DNA from: a virus
Taxonomy: Duplodnaviria > Heunggongvirae > Uroviricota > Caudoviricetes
Reading direction: 5' to 3' (one strand)
IMG/VR virus record: IMGVR_UViG_2529293139_000009
Length of the DNA stretch: 7,942 nucleotides
The number at the start of each line of letters is the position of its first letter. The first letter of the stretch is position 1. The translations under genes and the position numbers were made by a program. Below the pieces are notes generated by a model that was not told where the DNA came from, did not search any database, and worked only from the letters and a program-made list of their open reading frames with translations. This document shows positions 1 through 7,552 of the stretch, in pieces.

Positions 1-144
1 TTAATTTCGATTATTTTTCCCGGATGGAAAATTCTTAGAAACCGATCACATACAGCTGCATTTATTAAGGTTATCATCCGTTTCGCTGAAAAACATAACC
101 CATAAAATGCTAGCTGTACCAGGAACCACCTCCTTAGCCTGTGT

Positions 145-171
145 AATCTCCCTTACACGGGCTTATTTTTT
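145..171. other. Phage attachment-site core (attR), 27 bp, P2-type
   Basis: The reverse complement of 145-171 reads AAAAAATAAGCCCGTGTAAGGGAGATT, which matches the 27-bp P2 att core as I remember it. Its position just past ogr is where attP lies in P2 (ogr-attP-int). Confidence 0.6.
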
Positions 172-212
172 ACGCGTAATACAATGAAATAAAAGGATTT
201 ATTTCTGGTCAC

Positions 213-230
213 GTCCACACATTGACCACA
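213..230 (-). promoter_or_regulatory. Candidate integrase arm-type binding sites (two direct repeats)
   Basis: The minus strand reads TGTGGTCA-atg-TGTGGACG, two 8-bp direct repeats spaced 11 bp start to start (one helical turn), between the ogr terminator and the att core. The link to tyrosine-integrase arm sites is inference. Confidence 0.35.
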
Positions 231-231
231 T

Positions 232-259
232 CGACAAAAAAGCCCCTCGACTGAGGGGC
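232..259 (-). terminator. Rho-independent terminator downstream of ogr, ending the late tail/ogr transcript
   Basis: Minus strand has a GC-rich hairpin GCCCCTC-AGTC-GAGGGGC (plus 242-259) immediately followed by TTTTTTG (plus 235-241), 14 nt past the ogr stop. Confidence 0.8.
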
Positions 260-272
260 TTCCTGTTTGTAA

Positions 273-491
273 TTACATCCACATAATTTGCTGCCCTGAC
301 GGCAACGGGTGCGGTCTTACGGCGTGGACTTCTCCCGGCTTCACGATGTATCGCTGTACCGACTCATAAGTGATAAACGTGGCGCTGCAATTCACGTTCT
401 GACACTGGTGATAACGCTCTTTTGTCGTGTCAGTGATATAGCGGCTTGTACGCGCATGTGCGGCATGCTGGCATAAAGGACAATGAAACAT
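273..491 (-). CDS. ogr: Ogr, zinc-finger late-gene transcriptional activator (72 aa)
   Basis: Translation MFHCPLCQHAAHARTSRYITDTTKERYHQCQNVNC... has the Cys4 arrangement CxxC-22-CxxxxC and is recognised as P2 Ogr. Start placed at the internal ATG at 491, which has an RBS GAGGTG 6 nt upstream, not at the ORF-track start at 554. Confidence 0.9.
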   Translation of the reverse strand: MFHCPLCQHAAHARTSRYITDTTKERYHQCQNVNCSATFITYESVQRYIVKPGEVHAVRPHPLPSGQQIMWM

Positions 492-525
492 CGCGAGCAC
501 CTCTTCCGATTTTGTTGATGGTGCC

Positions 526-554
526 ATTTTAGTTAATTTATCCTTATAAAACAA
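526..554 (-). promoter_or_regulatory. Candidate sigma70-type promoter for ogr
   Basis: Minus strand reads TTGTTT (plus 549-554), a 17-nt spacer, then TAAAAT (plus 526-531), in the AT-rich D-ogr intergenic region. Pattern match only. Confidence 0.3.
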
Positions 555-572
555 ACAGATAAAATAAAAACA

Positions 573-1736
573 TCACTCATCATCTTCTGTTTCGTACTCC
601 ACATCAGAAAGCCTGACCTCAAGCTCCAAGGACGTCGTGAAGCCGCTATTATTCAGAAAATGTGTCACCTTAGTGATTGTCCAGTCCTGCTCGTCTATGA
701 CGCGCTTAAAGCCTGACACTTTGACCGGCGTTTCCGTGTAAATATCTGCCCGACCAGTAGCCAGGCTGATGGAGAACTCCGCAACGCCCCGTTGCAGTTT
801 GTCCCACTTCGCCTGAGCGGCGCGCATAGCCTGCGCTTTTGTGGCATATACCGTGGTCAGGGCAAAAACGTTGTCAGCTTCACCGGCCATGTATTCACCT
901 TCGCGCGCTTCCGGTACTTTTGGCGCTTTCTTCTGCGTGACCGGTTTCGCTTTCGGGTGCTCCAGTGCGCGCAGGTGTTTTTCTTTCTTTTTGCGTTTCA
1001 GTTTTACCTTCTGCTTTTGCGGCTTCGGGTCTTTGGTGTGTAACCACTTTGCCGTTACGCCGGTGTAAGCTCCACGGTCAGCAATCGCAAAATGATGACG
1101 GTCACCGTCGCTGCGGGTGATGGTAATCTGCGGGATTTTTTTACCGCTGGCAGTCACCCCCTGCCCCGCTTTGAGAAACAACAGTTTTCCCATTTTTACC
1201 GACACCTCACCGCCGTTGCGTTCAGCAAGGCGGGTCAGAAATTTCGCATCAGACTCCTGCGACTGGTCGATGTGCGGGATTTTAATTCCGTCCAGTGACG
1301 GCGCGACACTGGCTTCCAGCTTGTTACGGGAGGCTATCGCCTCAACAATCGCACCGAGCGTGGTGTCATGCCATGAGCCTTCACGGCGGGAATTGAGCGT
1401 CCCGCGAAAATCTGCACTCCGGGCGCGGATGGTAACCACATCCGGCGCGCCCCGGTGTTCAACCTCATCAACGGTGAATTTCCCTTTGCATACCAGGGCA
1501 AAACCTTTCCAGCCGATATACACCGTCAGGACAGCGCCACGAACCGGCAGCCCGACCTGCCCGTCGGCATCGTTCAGTTCAATATCAAGCTGGTCAGCCT
1601 CAAAGCCCCGGTTATCCGTCAGGGTCATGCTCATCAGACGGTCGCTGATATTGCCGGTAATATCCCTGCTGTCGAGCATCAGCATGTAATCCGGCGTCAG
1701 CGTACTGCCTGCATCAAATGTCAGCGCATCCAGCAT
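573..1736 (-). CDS. D: Tail protein gpD (387 aa), P2 D-like late tail gene product
   Basis: 387-aa ORF recognised as P2 gpD by sequence and by position (last gene of the tail operon before ogr). Its ATG overlaps the U stop (TAATG). Confidence 0.9.
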   Translation of the reverse strand: MLDALTFDAGSTLTPDYMLMLDSRDITGNISDRLMSMTLTDNRGFEADQLDIELNDADGQVGLPVRGAVLTVYIGWKGFALVCKGKFTVDEVEHRGAPDVVTIRARSADFRGTLNSRREGSWHDTTLGAIVEAIASRNKLEASVAPSLDGIKIPHIDQSQESDAKFLTRLAERNGGEVSVKMGKLLFLKAGQGVTASGKKIPQITITRSDGDRHHFAIADRGAYTGVTAKWLHTKDPKPQKQKVKLKRKKKEKHLRALEHPKAKPVTQKKAPKVPEAREGEYMAGEADNVFALTTVYATKAQAMRAAQAKWDKLQRGVAEFSISLATGRADIYTETPVKVSGFKRVIDEQDWTITKVTHFLNNSGFTTSLELEVRLSDVEYETEDDE

Positions 1737-2215
1737 TATCCCGCCCCCGTCATACCCGTGAATTTAGTCGCCATACTGCCAGCCTTACCGATGAGCGATT
1801 CCGCCTGTTTACCGATATCGCCATAAAGCGCGGCCAGTGATTCATCAACGCGGGTGAGCGACAGCGTAAAATCAATTTTCCGGGGTGTGCCGTCTGCAAA
1901 GAAAATACTCCCTGTTTCATTCACCCTGCTGATGACATACATGCCGTAAATCATGCCGGTGCCATCCAGCAACGGCCACGCCCGACCTTCCTCTGCCATC
2001 AGTCTGAGCGTGGTCATCGTCAGCTTGCCGCCGGTCAGTTCGGGATAAAGCACGCCGGCAAGCGTAATGTTTTCCTCACCCACACCGAGAAACTGAAAGG
2101 CATCCCGTTTACCGATACGGGAATTTGACGGCCAGCGATAATCTGATTCACGCTGCATGGTCTGGTGTGGCAGCGTCTGGCGCATAAAAACAAACATACC
2201 TAACGCGAGCATCAT
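1736..2215 (-). CDS. U: Tail protein gpU (159 aa)
   Basis: 159-aa ORF between T and D, recognised as P2 gpU. A strong RBS GGAGGTGA sits 6 nt upstream, directly after the T stop codon. Confidence 0.9.
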   Translation of the reverse strand: MMLALGMFVFMRQTLPHQTMQRESDYRWPSNSRIGKRDAFQFLGVGEENITLAGVLYPELTGGKLTMTTLRLMAEEGRAWPLLDGTGMIYGMYVISRVNETGSIFFADGTPRKIDFTLSLTRVDESLAALYGDIGKQAESLIGKAGSMATKFTGMTGAG

Positions 2216-2229
2216 TTTTCGTCACCTCC

Positions 2230-4677
2230 TTAACCGTCATGCATCATGCTGGCACGGGCGCGCGCACGTTTATCCCGCTCATATTTTTCGAGCGCATCCT
2301 GTAACTGGCGGTCGAGCTGAGTCCCCGGCGCAGTACCGCCCGTCAGACTGATGTGATATTCGTTTTTACTCTGGTCCACATAAGAGCGGCCAGCCGGTGC
2401 CGTAACCGGCTGATAAGCCTGATAGCCTGCATAAGAGCTGGTCGCCGGAATATAACCACCGGTGCCATACGTGGCGGCATGAGTTCTGGCGGCGGTCTGG
2501 TCAAGTGTGTCTGACTCTTTGTTGATAACACCGAGTTTTTCCAGTACCCAGTCAATACCACTGCGCAGTTTGTTGAACGCATTAAGCGGCAGCATCAACG
2601 CGTCAGCCAGTGCCTGCCCGAACATGACGCCCGTGTCACGGCAACGGTTCAGGGTGTCCTGGGTGGCTTTAACCGGGGCAATCAGGTTTTTAAACCACTG
2701 CCACGCGGCCTGTAACTTTTCGCCCAGCCAGTCAAACACCGGCTTAAGTGGCGTGAACAGTTCCCCCACCGGCGCAAATGCCGCTTTCAGCCCTTCCACC
2801 ACACCGCCAAAGAATGCGCTGACAGGCTCCCAGTATTTACGGATAAGCAACGCCCCGGCGACAATGGCGGCCACCACGGCCACAACCGGCCAGCTAATCG
2901 CTCCGATGGCGGTCATAACAGCACTGCCAACCGTCGTGAAGATTGCCCCCATTGCGCCTGCTGCCGCGATGATGGCATTGATGCCGGTGATAACCGGCCA
3001 GGCTACGAGGCCAATGGCACCGATGACACCAATCAGTGCCAGTGCACCACCGACAATAAGTCCGATGGTTGACGCCAGTGATTTGTTTTTCTGGATCCAG
3101 CCGTCGAGTTTTAACACATACTTTGTGGCCGTCTGCGTGAGCTTACGCAGTGCGCCTTCCTGCTGGTCAAACAGGTCAGTCCCCACCGCCTCATAAGCGG
3201 ACTGAAACTCTTTAAAGTCACCGCCTAGGTTGTCCTGCATGATATTTACCAGCTCGGCAGTCTTCCCGTCTGAGGCTTTAAACGCAGCGGTCAGTTTGTC
3301 CAGCTTTCCGGTTGAGGCGGCAGTCATCAGCACGGCGGCGGCTGAGCTGGCCTCCTCCCCGAAAATAGTTTTCATGTATTCAGCCTGCTGGGCAGTACCG
3401 AGCCGGTTTTTCTCAAAACTGGCCTGCATTTCTTTCAGAATGGTAAATATTGGCCGGGTGTTTCCCTTGCTGTCTGAGGTTTTCACGCCAAGCTCTTTGA
3501 GTGCATCCCATGCTTTTCCCGTCGGTGCCTGCAGGCGGCTTAACACGGCACGGCTTCCCGTCCCCGCCATTGAGCCTGTGATTTTTGCATCATGCAGCGC
3601 CCCGACCATTGCGGCGGTTTCTTCAATGCTGACACCGGCATTTTTTGCCACAGGTGCGGCATAGGTCAGCGCATCGCTCATACCGTCAAAATCGGCGGCG
3701 GTTTTGTTCATCGTCATGGAGAGAACATCCCCGATATGAGCGACCTTATCGTTTGAAAGCTGAAAGGCGGATTTCATCCCCATCAGCAGGGCGGCGTTTT
3801 CTTCCATCGTGCGGCGGTTCGCCAGCGCCATATTCAGCGTGACCGGCGTTGCCGCCTGAATGGCATCAACATCCCCACCCGCTTTCGCAATAATAATCTG
3901 CGCACCGGCCGCATCATCCGCCGAGGCGGCGGTGTTGTCGCCGAGCTGGCGCGCCTGTTTGCGGAGCGCGGCCATTTCGGCGGAGTCTTTTGCCACTCCG
4001 AGCACAGCCTGTAATTCTGAGTTTTTCTGCGCAAACTCATAACCGGGCATCAGCAGCTTAACTCCGGCCATCGTTCCCGCCGCCGCAATCCCCACACCGG
4101 CAGCGCCCACTGAGGCCATATTTCCGGCCAGTTCCTTGCCGGCCTGATAACGCTGTTTGACTGCGTTAAGTTTTGCCTGTTGTTCACTGACACGCGCCAG
4201 TGCATCGCGCTGACGGTTAAGCTGTGCGGTGGTTTCACTGATACGGTTTTTCAGCCCCTGCTCATCATGTGCAAGATTGCGGGTATTAATTCCCACAGCG
4301 GCCAGTTCCCGCTGCTGGCGCTTAACGGAATCCGTCAGGCGGTTATATTTCGCCTGTAAGTCCTCCGCCGCACGCTTCGCGGATTCCAGCACTTTCGCCT
4401 GAGCACGTGTCGGACGTTCAGTGTTTTTAAACTGTGTGGCAAGGGCTTCGGCCTCCTGCCGTGCCTTTTCAAGTGCATGACCAGTCACGGCGAGCTGTGC
4501 GCTGGTCTTGCGAAATCCCTCAATACGGGATGCGTGACCGTTCAGCTCGCGCAGTGATTTTTGTGTTTCCCGGATATCCCCCGACAGCGACTTGCTCGCT
4601 GTGCGGATGGATTTAAACGGGCGGGATGCCTGGTCAACAGCCCTGAGCAATACCTGTAATTTTACATTGTTACTCAT
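2230..4677 (-). CDS. T: Tail tape measure protein gpT (815 aa)
   Basis: 815-aa ORF with an N-terminal coiled-coil-like, Ala/Gln/Arg-rich region and a long Gly/Ala/Ile hydrophobic segment (residues about 533-612), typical of tape measure proteins. Size and position match P2 gpT. Confidence 0.92.
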   Translation of the reverse strand: MSNNVKLQVLLRAVDQASRPFKSIRTASKSLSGDIRETQKSLRELNGHASRIEGFRKTSAQLAVTGHALEKARQEAEALATQFKNTERPTRAQAKVLESAKRAAEDLQAKYNRLTDSVKRQQRELAAVGINTRNLAHDEQGLKNRISETTAQLNRQRDALARVSEQQAKLNAVKQRYQAGKELAGNMASVGAAGVGIAAAGTMAGVKLLMPGYEFAQKNSELQAVLGVAKDSAEMAALRKQARQLGDNTAASADDAAGAQIIIAKAGGDVDAIQAATPVTLNMALANRRTMEENAALLMGMKSAFQLSNDKVAHIGDVLSMTMNKTAADFDGMSDALTYAAPVAKNAGVSIEETAAMVGALHDAKITGSMAGTGSRAVLSRLQAPTGKAWDALKELGVKTSDSKGNTRPIFTILKEMQASFEKNRLGTAQQAEYMKTIFGEEASSAAAVLMTAASTGKLDKLTAAFKASDGKTAELVNIMQDNLGGDFKEFQSAYEAVGTDLFDQQEGALRKLTQTATKYVLKLDGWIQKNKSLASTIGLIVGGALALIGVIGAIGLVAWPVITGINAIIAAAGAMGAIFTTVGSAVMTAIGAISWPVVAVVAAIVAGALLIRKYWEPVSAFFGGVVEGLKAAFAPVGELFTPLKPVFDWLGEKLQAAWQWFKNLIAPVKATQDTLNRCRDTGVMFGQALADALMLPLNAFNKLRSGIDWVLEKLGVINKESDTLDQTAARTHAATYGTGGYIPATSSYAGYQAYQPVTAPAGRSYVDQSKNEYHISLTGGTAPGTQLDRQLQDALEKYERDKRARARASMMHDG

Positions 4678-5097
4678 TCGTGTTTCCGCTTCGCCGGAGC
4701 GCCTTTTCGCGCCATGTGATAAGTTCGGTCAGGCTCATGGGATACAGTTCTGATGGCGGCCAGTGAAATATCACTGCCACATCCGCCATCAGGTCATCGA
4801 CCGAGAGATTTTTCGGAAACGTTACTGCACCGAGTTCGGCGACAAAAAACCGACCACCTTACCGGCCAGCGCCACAAGGTCAGGCAGTTCCAGCGCGGCG
4901 ACCTCCTGCTCGGTCAGCATCGGTGCCGTCATGCGCGGCAGCACTTTAATCAGTGCATCGACTTCGGAGTTTGCGACCGCAGCCAGACTGACACCGCGCA
5001 GCGTCCCGGCATTGGGTTTCATCAGCGTGACCTGTTCGATAACCTGCTCACCACGCTTGACCGGATTGTCCAGGGTAATCACATTTTCTTTGTTCAT
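4670..5097 (-). CDS. E': gpE+E' fusion made by -1 programmed ribosomal frameshift (85 aa of E plus a 57-aa extension, 142 aa total)
   Basis: My hand translation of the -1 frame after the slip site runs VAELGAVTFPKNLSVDDLMADVAVIFHWPPSELYPMSLTELITWREKALRRSGNTNE to a TAA at 4670-4672, overlapping the T start codon by 8 nt. This is the P2 E/E' arrangement, analogous to lambda G/GT. Confidence 0.75.
4822..5097 (-). CDS. E: Tail assembly chaperone gpE (91 aa, zero-frame product)
   Basis: 91-aa ORF between FII and T, recognised as P2 gpE. Contains the slippery heptamer T-TTT-TTG near its 3' end. Confidence 0.9.
   Translation of the reverse strand: MNKENVITLDNPVKRGEQVIEQVTLMKPNAGTLRGVSLAAVANSEVDALIKVLPRMTAPMLTEQEVAALELPDLVALAGKVVGFLSPNSVQ
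4843..4849 (-). other. Slippery heptamer T-TTT-TTG for the E/E' -1 frameshift
   Basis: The minus strand reads GGT TTT TTG TCG in the E frame (plus strand 4843-4849 is CAAAAAA), an X-XXY-YYZ motif. Confidence 0.75.
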
Positions 5098-5125
5098 GGT
5101 TTTCTCACTTCTGAATCAGGGTTAA

Positions 5126-5146
5126 CCGGTCAGCCTGGCTGACCGG
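5126..5146 (-). other. Perfect 21-bp palindrome in the FII-E intergenic region (possible mRNA hairpin)
   Basis: CCGGTCAGCC-T-GGCTGACCGG at 5126-5146, between the FII stop (5154) and the E start (5097). No U-tract follows on the transcript strand, so it is not a canonical intrinsic terminator. Confidence 0.5.
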
Positions 5147-5153
5147 ATGAAAA

Positions 5154-5672
5154 TCACAGGCCGATATTGCGGCGGTGTTGCTCCAGCCGGTCGGCGCCGT
5201 TCACCTTCTCAATCATGTTGATGGTGTCGATTTCGACCAGCTCCTTACCGTCCATCGTCAGCCGGAAATAGGTGCAGACCACGGAAATTTTCGACTCGGT
5301 GTCTTCTCCCTGTTTACCCTCGCCGGTGTCGATTTCTTTCTGACGTCCACGCATGACCACCTCGACGGCTACCGTTTCGCCGGTATCGTCGCGCTGGTAA
5401 GAGCCTGCAAAACGAATCGGCACAGCATCCACACCGGTTGCGGCGTAAAGCTCCCAGATAACCGAATCCGGGAAGCCCCCGAGCGACCACTCCATTGACA
5501 GCGCATCGTCATCAAGGCCGAGGTCTACCGGTGCGCTTCCGTTCATCCCCGCACCGCGATAGTTTTCGAGTTTACGGGTCAGTTTTGGCAGCGTGACGGA
5601 CTTTGCAACGCCCTGATAGCTGTAGCCGTTCAGAAAGACGTTCATTAACTTGAGTTTGCGCGGCATTGCCAT
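5154..5672 (-). CDS. FII: Tail tube protein gpFII (172 aa)
   Basis: 172-aa ORF immediately downstream of the sheath gene, recognised as P2 FII. RBS AAGGAG overlaps the FI stop codon. Confidence 0.92.
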   Translation of the reverse strand: MAMPRKLKLMNVFLNGYSYQGVAKSVTLPKLTRKLENYRGAGMNGSAPVDLGLDDDALSMEWSLGGFPDSVIWELYAATGVDAVPIRFAGSYQRDDTGETVAVEVVMRGRQKEIDTGEGKQGEDTESKISVVCTYFRLTMDGKELVEIDTINMIEKVNGADRLEQHRRNIGL

Positions 5673-5684
5673 CGGTCAGGCTCC

Positions 5685-6872
5685 TTAATTGCTGTTAACC
5701 GAGGTGACCAGATTTGCCAGGTATTTATCGGTAATACGCTGGCGCAGGGTCAGGTTTTCAAGAGGAGGAACCGGGGTATAGTCGTAGTCGATATACAGTT
5801 TTCCGGCCTTAAGGGTTTCCGCATCGTTGGATTCTTTGCTGAACCAGCAGGTCGCATCCACGATATAGCCGTTTGTTTTCAGCTCACGAAATTTGGCATT
5901 GATGCCGTCAACGATGTCGCGAATCAGCGTTGCGGTGATGGGCTTGTCAACCGCCCACATGTGCGCCTCAGCCATCGTGTCGGCCAGCACCTGCGCGGTG
6001 CGGGTGTAGTTTTCAAAGAGGAACAGCGGGTCATCAGAGCAGGTACGGTTACCCCAGAATCGGAAACCGTCGCGGCGAATCAGCGTAGTGACGCCTGACT
6101 CGTTAAGCAGGTCAGCATCGGTGCCGGACTCCTGCAAATCCCAGAATACAGATGCGCTGATGCCGGTAACACCGTTTACCCCGACGTTGGACAGCGTTTT
6201 ATGCCATCCCTGCTCCTGGTCGATTTTAGCGCGCAGACCCAGCGCACGGGCGGTGGCATACGCGGTGGCGGTGGTACTGGTGACCGTATCCCATGCGAGG
6301 AAATCCGGCCAGATGACCATCAGCTCACGCTGGCTGAAATTCTGGCGGTAGGCTTTCACCTCGGAAATGGTCTTACAGCCCCATGCGCTGATATATCCGA
6401 AAGCGCGCAGCTTCTGACAGACGGATGCCAATGCAACTGCCACCTCTTTGGTATCCAGTCCCGGCACACCGAGAATACGCGGTTTAACACCGGTTACCGA
6501 CTCCGCCGCCAGCAGGGCTTTTAGTCCGGTGTACTGACCGTTTTCGTCGGTGGTGCCGATGATATTGGAAACGGTCTGCGCGAGTTTCGTTTCCTCGTCG
6601 CCGGTGCCGTCTTCCACACGCACGACAACGGTGACCGGTTTTGACTGGTCGGCGATGGCCTGCAACGATGCCGCCAGCGTGCCTTTTTTACCGGCCTTTG
6701 CAATTGCGCTCTGCACATTGGTAATCAGCACCGGTTTATTGACGGGGAAGGTTTCCGCATCCGCATCGCTGGCCGTGCAGACCATGCCAACAATGGCGGT
6801 GGATACAGTGGAAATGACGCGGGTGCCGTCGTTAATCTCCAGCACCTGCACGCCGTGATGATAGTCACTCAT
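5685..6872 (-). CDS. FI: Contractile tail sheath protein gpFI (395 aa)
   Basis: 395-aa ORF, first gene of the FI-FII-E-T-U-D block, recognised as P2 FI. RBS GGAG 8 nt upstream of the ATG at 6872. Confidence 0.92.
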   Translation of the reverse strand: MSDYHHGVQVLEINDGTRVISTVSTAIVGMVCTASDADAETFPVNKPVLITNVQSAIAKAGKKGTLAASLQAIADQSKPVTVVVRVEDGTGDEETKLAQTVSNIIGTTDENGQYTGLKALLAAESVTGVKPRILGVPGLDTKEVAVALASVCQKLRAFGYISAWGCKTISEVKAYRQNFSQRELMVIWPDFLAWDTVTSTTATAYATARALGLRAKIDQEQGWHKTLSNVGVNGVTGISASVFWDLQESGTDADLLNESGVTTLIRRDGFRFWGNRTCSDDPLFLFENYTRTAQVLADTMAEAHMWAVDKPITATLIRDIVDGINAKFRELKTNGYIVDATCWFSKESNDAETLKAGKLYIDYDYTPVPPLENLTLRQRITDKYLANLVTSVNSN

Positions 6873-6931
6873 CCGTTTAACTCCGTGGTTAATGGGTGAG
6901 TGTTATTTTCAGTTGTGCCGGAGATGTCAGG

Positions 6932-7525
6932 CTATTTGTCCCGGTTGGCTAAGGGATGACACAATTTATTCTTTGCCGCTGATGAGGGGAGTTTTTTATA
7001 GAGCGTGGACAGGCCAATATCAAAAATCAGCGCCACGCGTTGACGTGATTCACCCGCAGCCAGCAACCGTCCTGCCTGTTCCCACTCACTCGCGGTGAGC
7101 TTCGGACGTCTGCCACCAATACGCCCTTTGGCTCTGGCCGCTTCCAGTCCGGCGCGTGTCCGCTCGACAATGAGTTCTCGCTCCATTTCAGCCAGGGGAC
7201 CCATCACATGAAAGAAAAAACGCCCCATCGGCGTGCTGGTATCAATAGCATCTGTCAGGCTGCGAAAATTAACGCCGCGTTCGCGCAGCTCCTCAACCAG
7301 AATGACCAGATGCCGCATACTACGCCCCAGCCGGTCCAGCTTCCAGACTACCAGAGTGTCACCTGCTGATAATGTTCTGAGCAGTTTTTTCAGTCCCGGT
7401 CGGTCGGACTTCGTGCCGCTGATTTTATCCTCAAAAATCCGCTCGCATCCTGCGCACTCCAGCGCGTTACGCTGCAATTCCGTGTTCTGGTCATTTGTTG
7501 ACACGCGTACATAGCCAATAAGCAT
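6932..7525 (-). CDS. Serine DNA invertase of the Gin/Pin/Cin/Hin family (about 197 aa)
   Basis: N-terminus MLIGYVRVSTNDQNTELQRNAL carries the catalytic serine motif, followed by DTLVVWKLDRLGRS and the conserved GRFFFHVMGPLAEMERELIVERT block, with a C-terminal helix-turn-helix (VALIFDIGLSTLYKK). This is near-collinear with Gin and Hin as I recall them. Start set at the second ATG (7525) because the GGGGG RBS abuts the first ATG at 7531. Confidence 0.9.
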   Translation of the reverse strand: MLIGYVRVSTNDQNTELQRNALECAGCERIFEDKISGTKSDRPGLKKLLRTLSAGDTLVVWKLDRLGRSMRHLVILVEELRERGVNFRSLTDAIDTSTPMGRFFFHVMGPLAEMERELIVERTRAGLEAARAKGRIGGRRPKLTASEWEQAGRLLAAGESRQRVALIFDIGLSTLYKKLPSSAAKNKLCHPLANRDK

Positions 7526-7552
7526 GAGCATCCCCCTGAATAAAAACCGGAG

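Noticed and set aside
121-135. GGAACCACCTCCTTA, which resembles the 3' end of 16S rRNA on the plus strand and reads as a strong Shine-Dalgarno (TAAGGAGGTG) on the minus strand
   Set aside because: The surrounding sequence does not look like rRNA, and no plausible start codon or ORF follows the SD-like motif on the minus strand within the window. Most likely coincidental, or part of the host side of the att region.
492-554. N-terminal extension of the ogr ORF to the ATG at 554 (93 aa version)
   Set aside because: The upstream ATG lies inside the candidate -35 element and has no RBS, whereas the internal ATG at 491 has a good GAGGTG RBS and gives the 72-aa MFHCPLC... Ogr.
792-1826. Plus-strand ORFs (83, 75, 68, 190 and 123 aa) within gene D
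   Set aside because: All are antisense to gpD. Several are translations of the repetitive lysine-codon region read on the other strand (Phe/Leu/Arg-rich). No start signals.
2507-3664. Plus-strand ORFs of 229 and 144 aa (2507-3196, 3230-3664) and smaller ones inside the tape-measure gene
   Set aside because: They are fully antisense to the well-supported 815-aa gpT ORF, have Ala/Ser/Pro-rich low-complexity translations typical of shadow frames in GC-rich genes, and lack convincing RBS signals.
4753-5142. Plus-strand ORFs of 129 and 120 aa antisense to gene E and the E-FII gap
   Set aside because: They overlap the conserved E/E' frameshift locus on the opposite strand and show no recognisable protein features. 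Most likely shadow ORFs.
6892-7098. Plus-strand 68-aa ORF overlapping the invertase 3' end and the invertase-FI gap
   Set aside because: Antisense to the invertase, Cys/Arg-rich with no recognisable features. Likely spurious.
7526-7531. Alternative invertase start at the first ATG (7531), giving MLMLIGY...
   Set aside because: The GGGGG Shine-Dalgarno run directly abuts this ATG with no spacer. The second ATG gives normal spacing and the canonical MLIGYVRVS invertase N-terminus.
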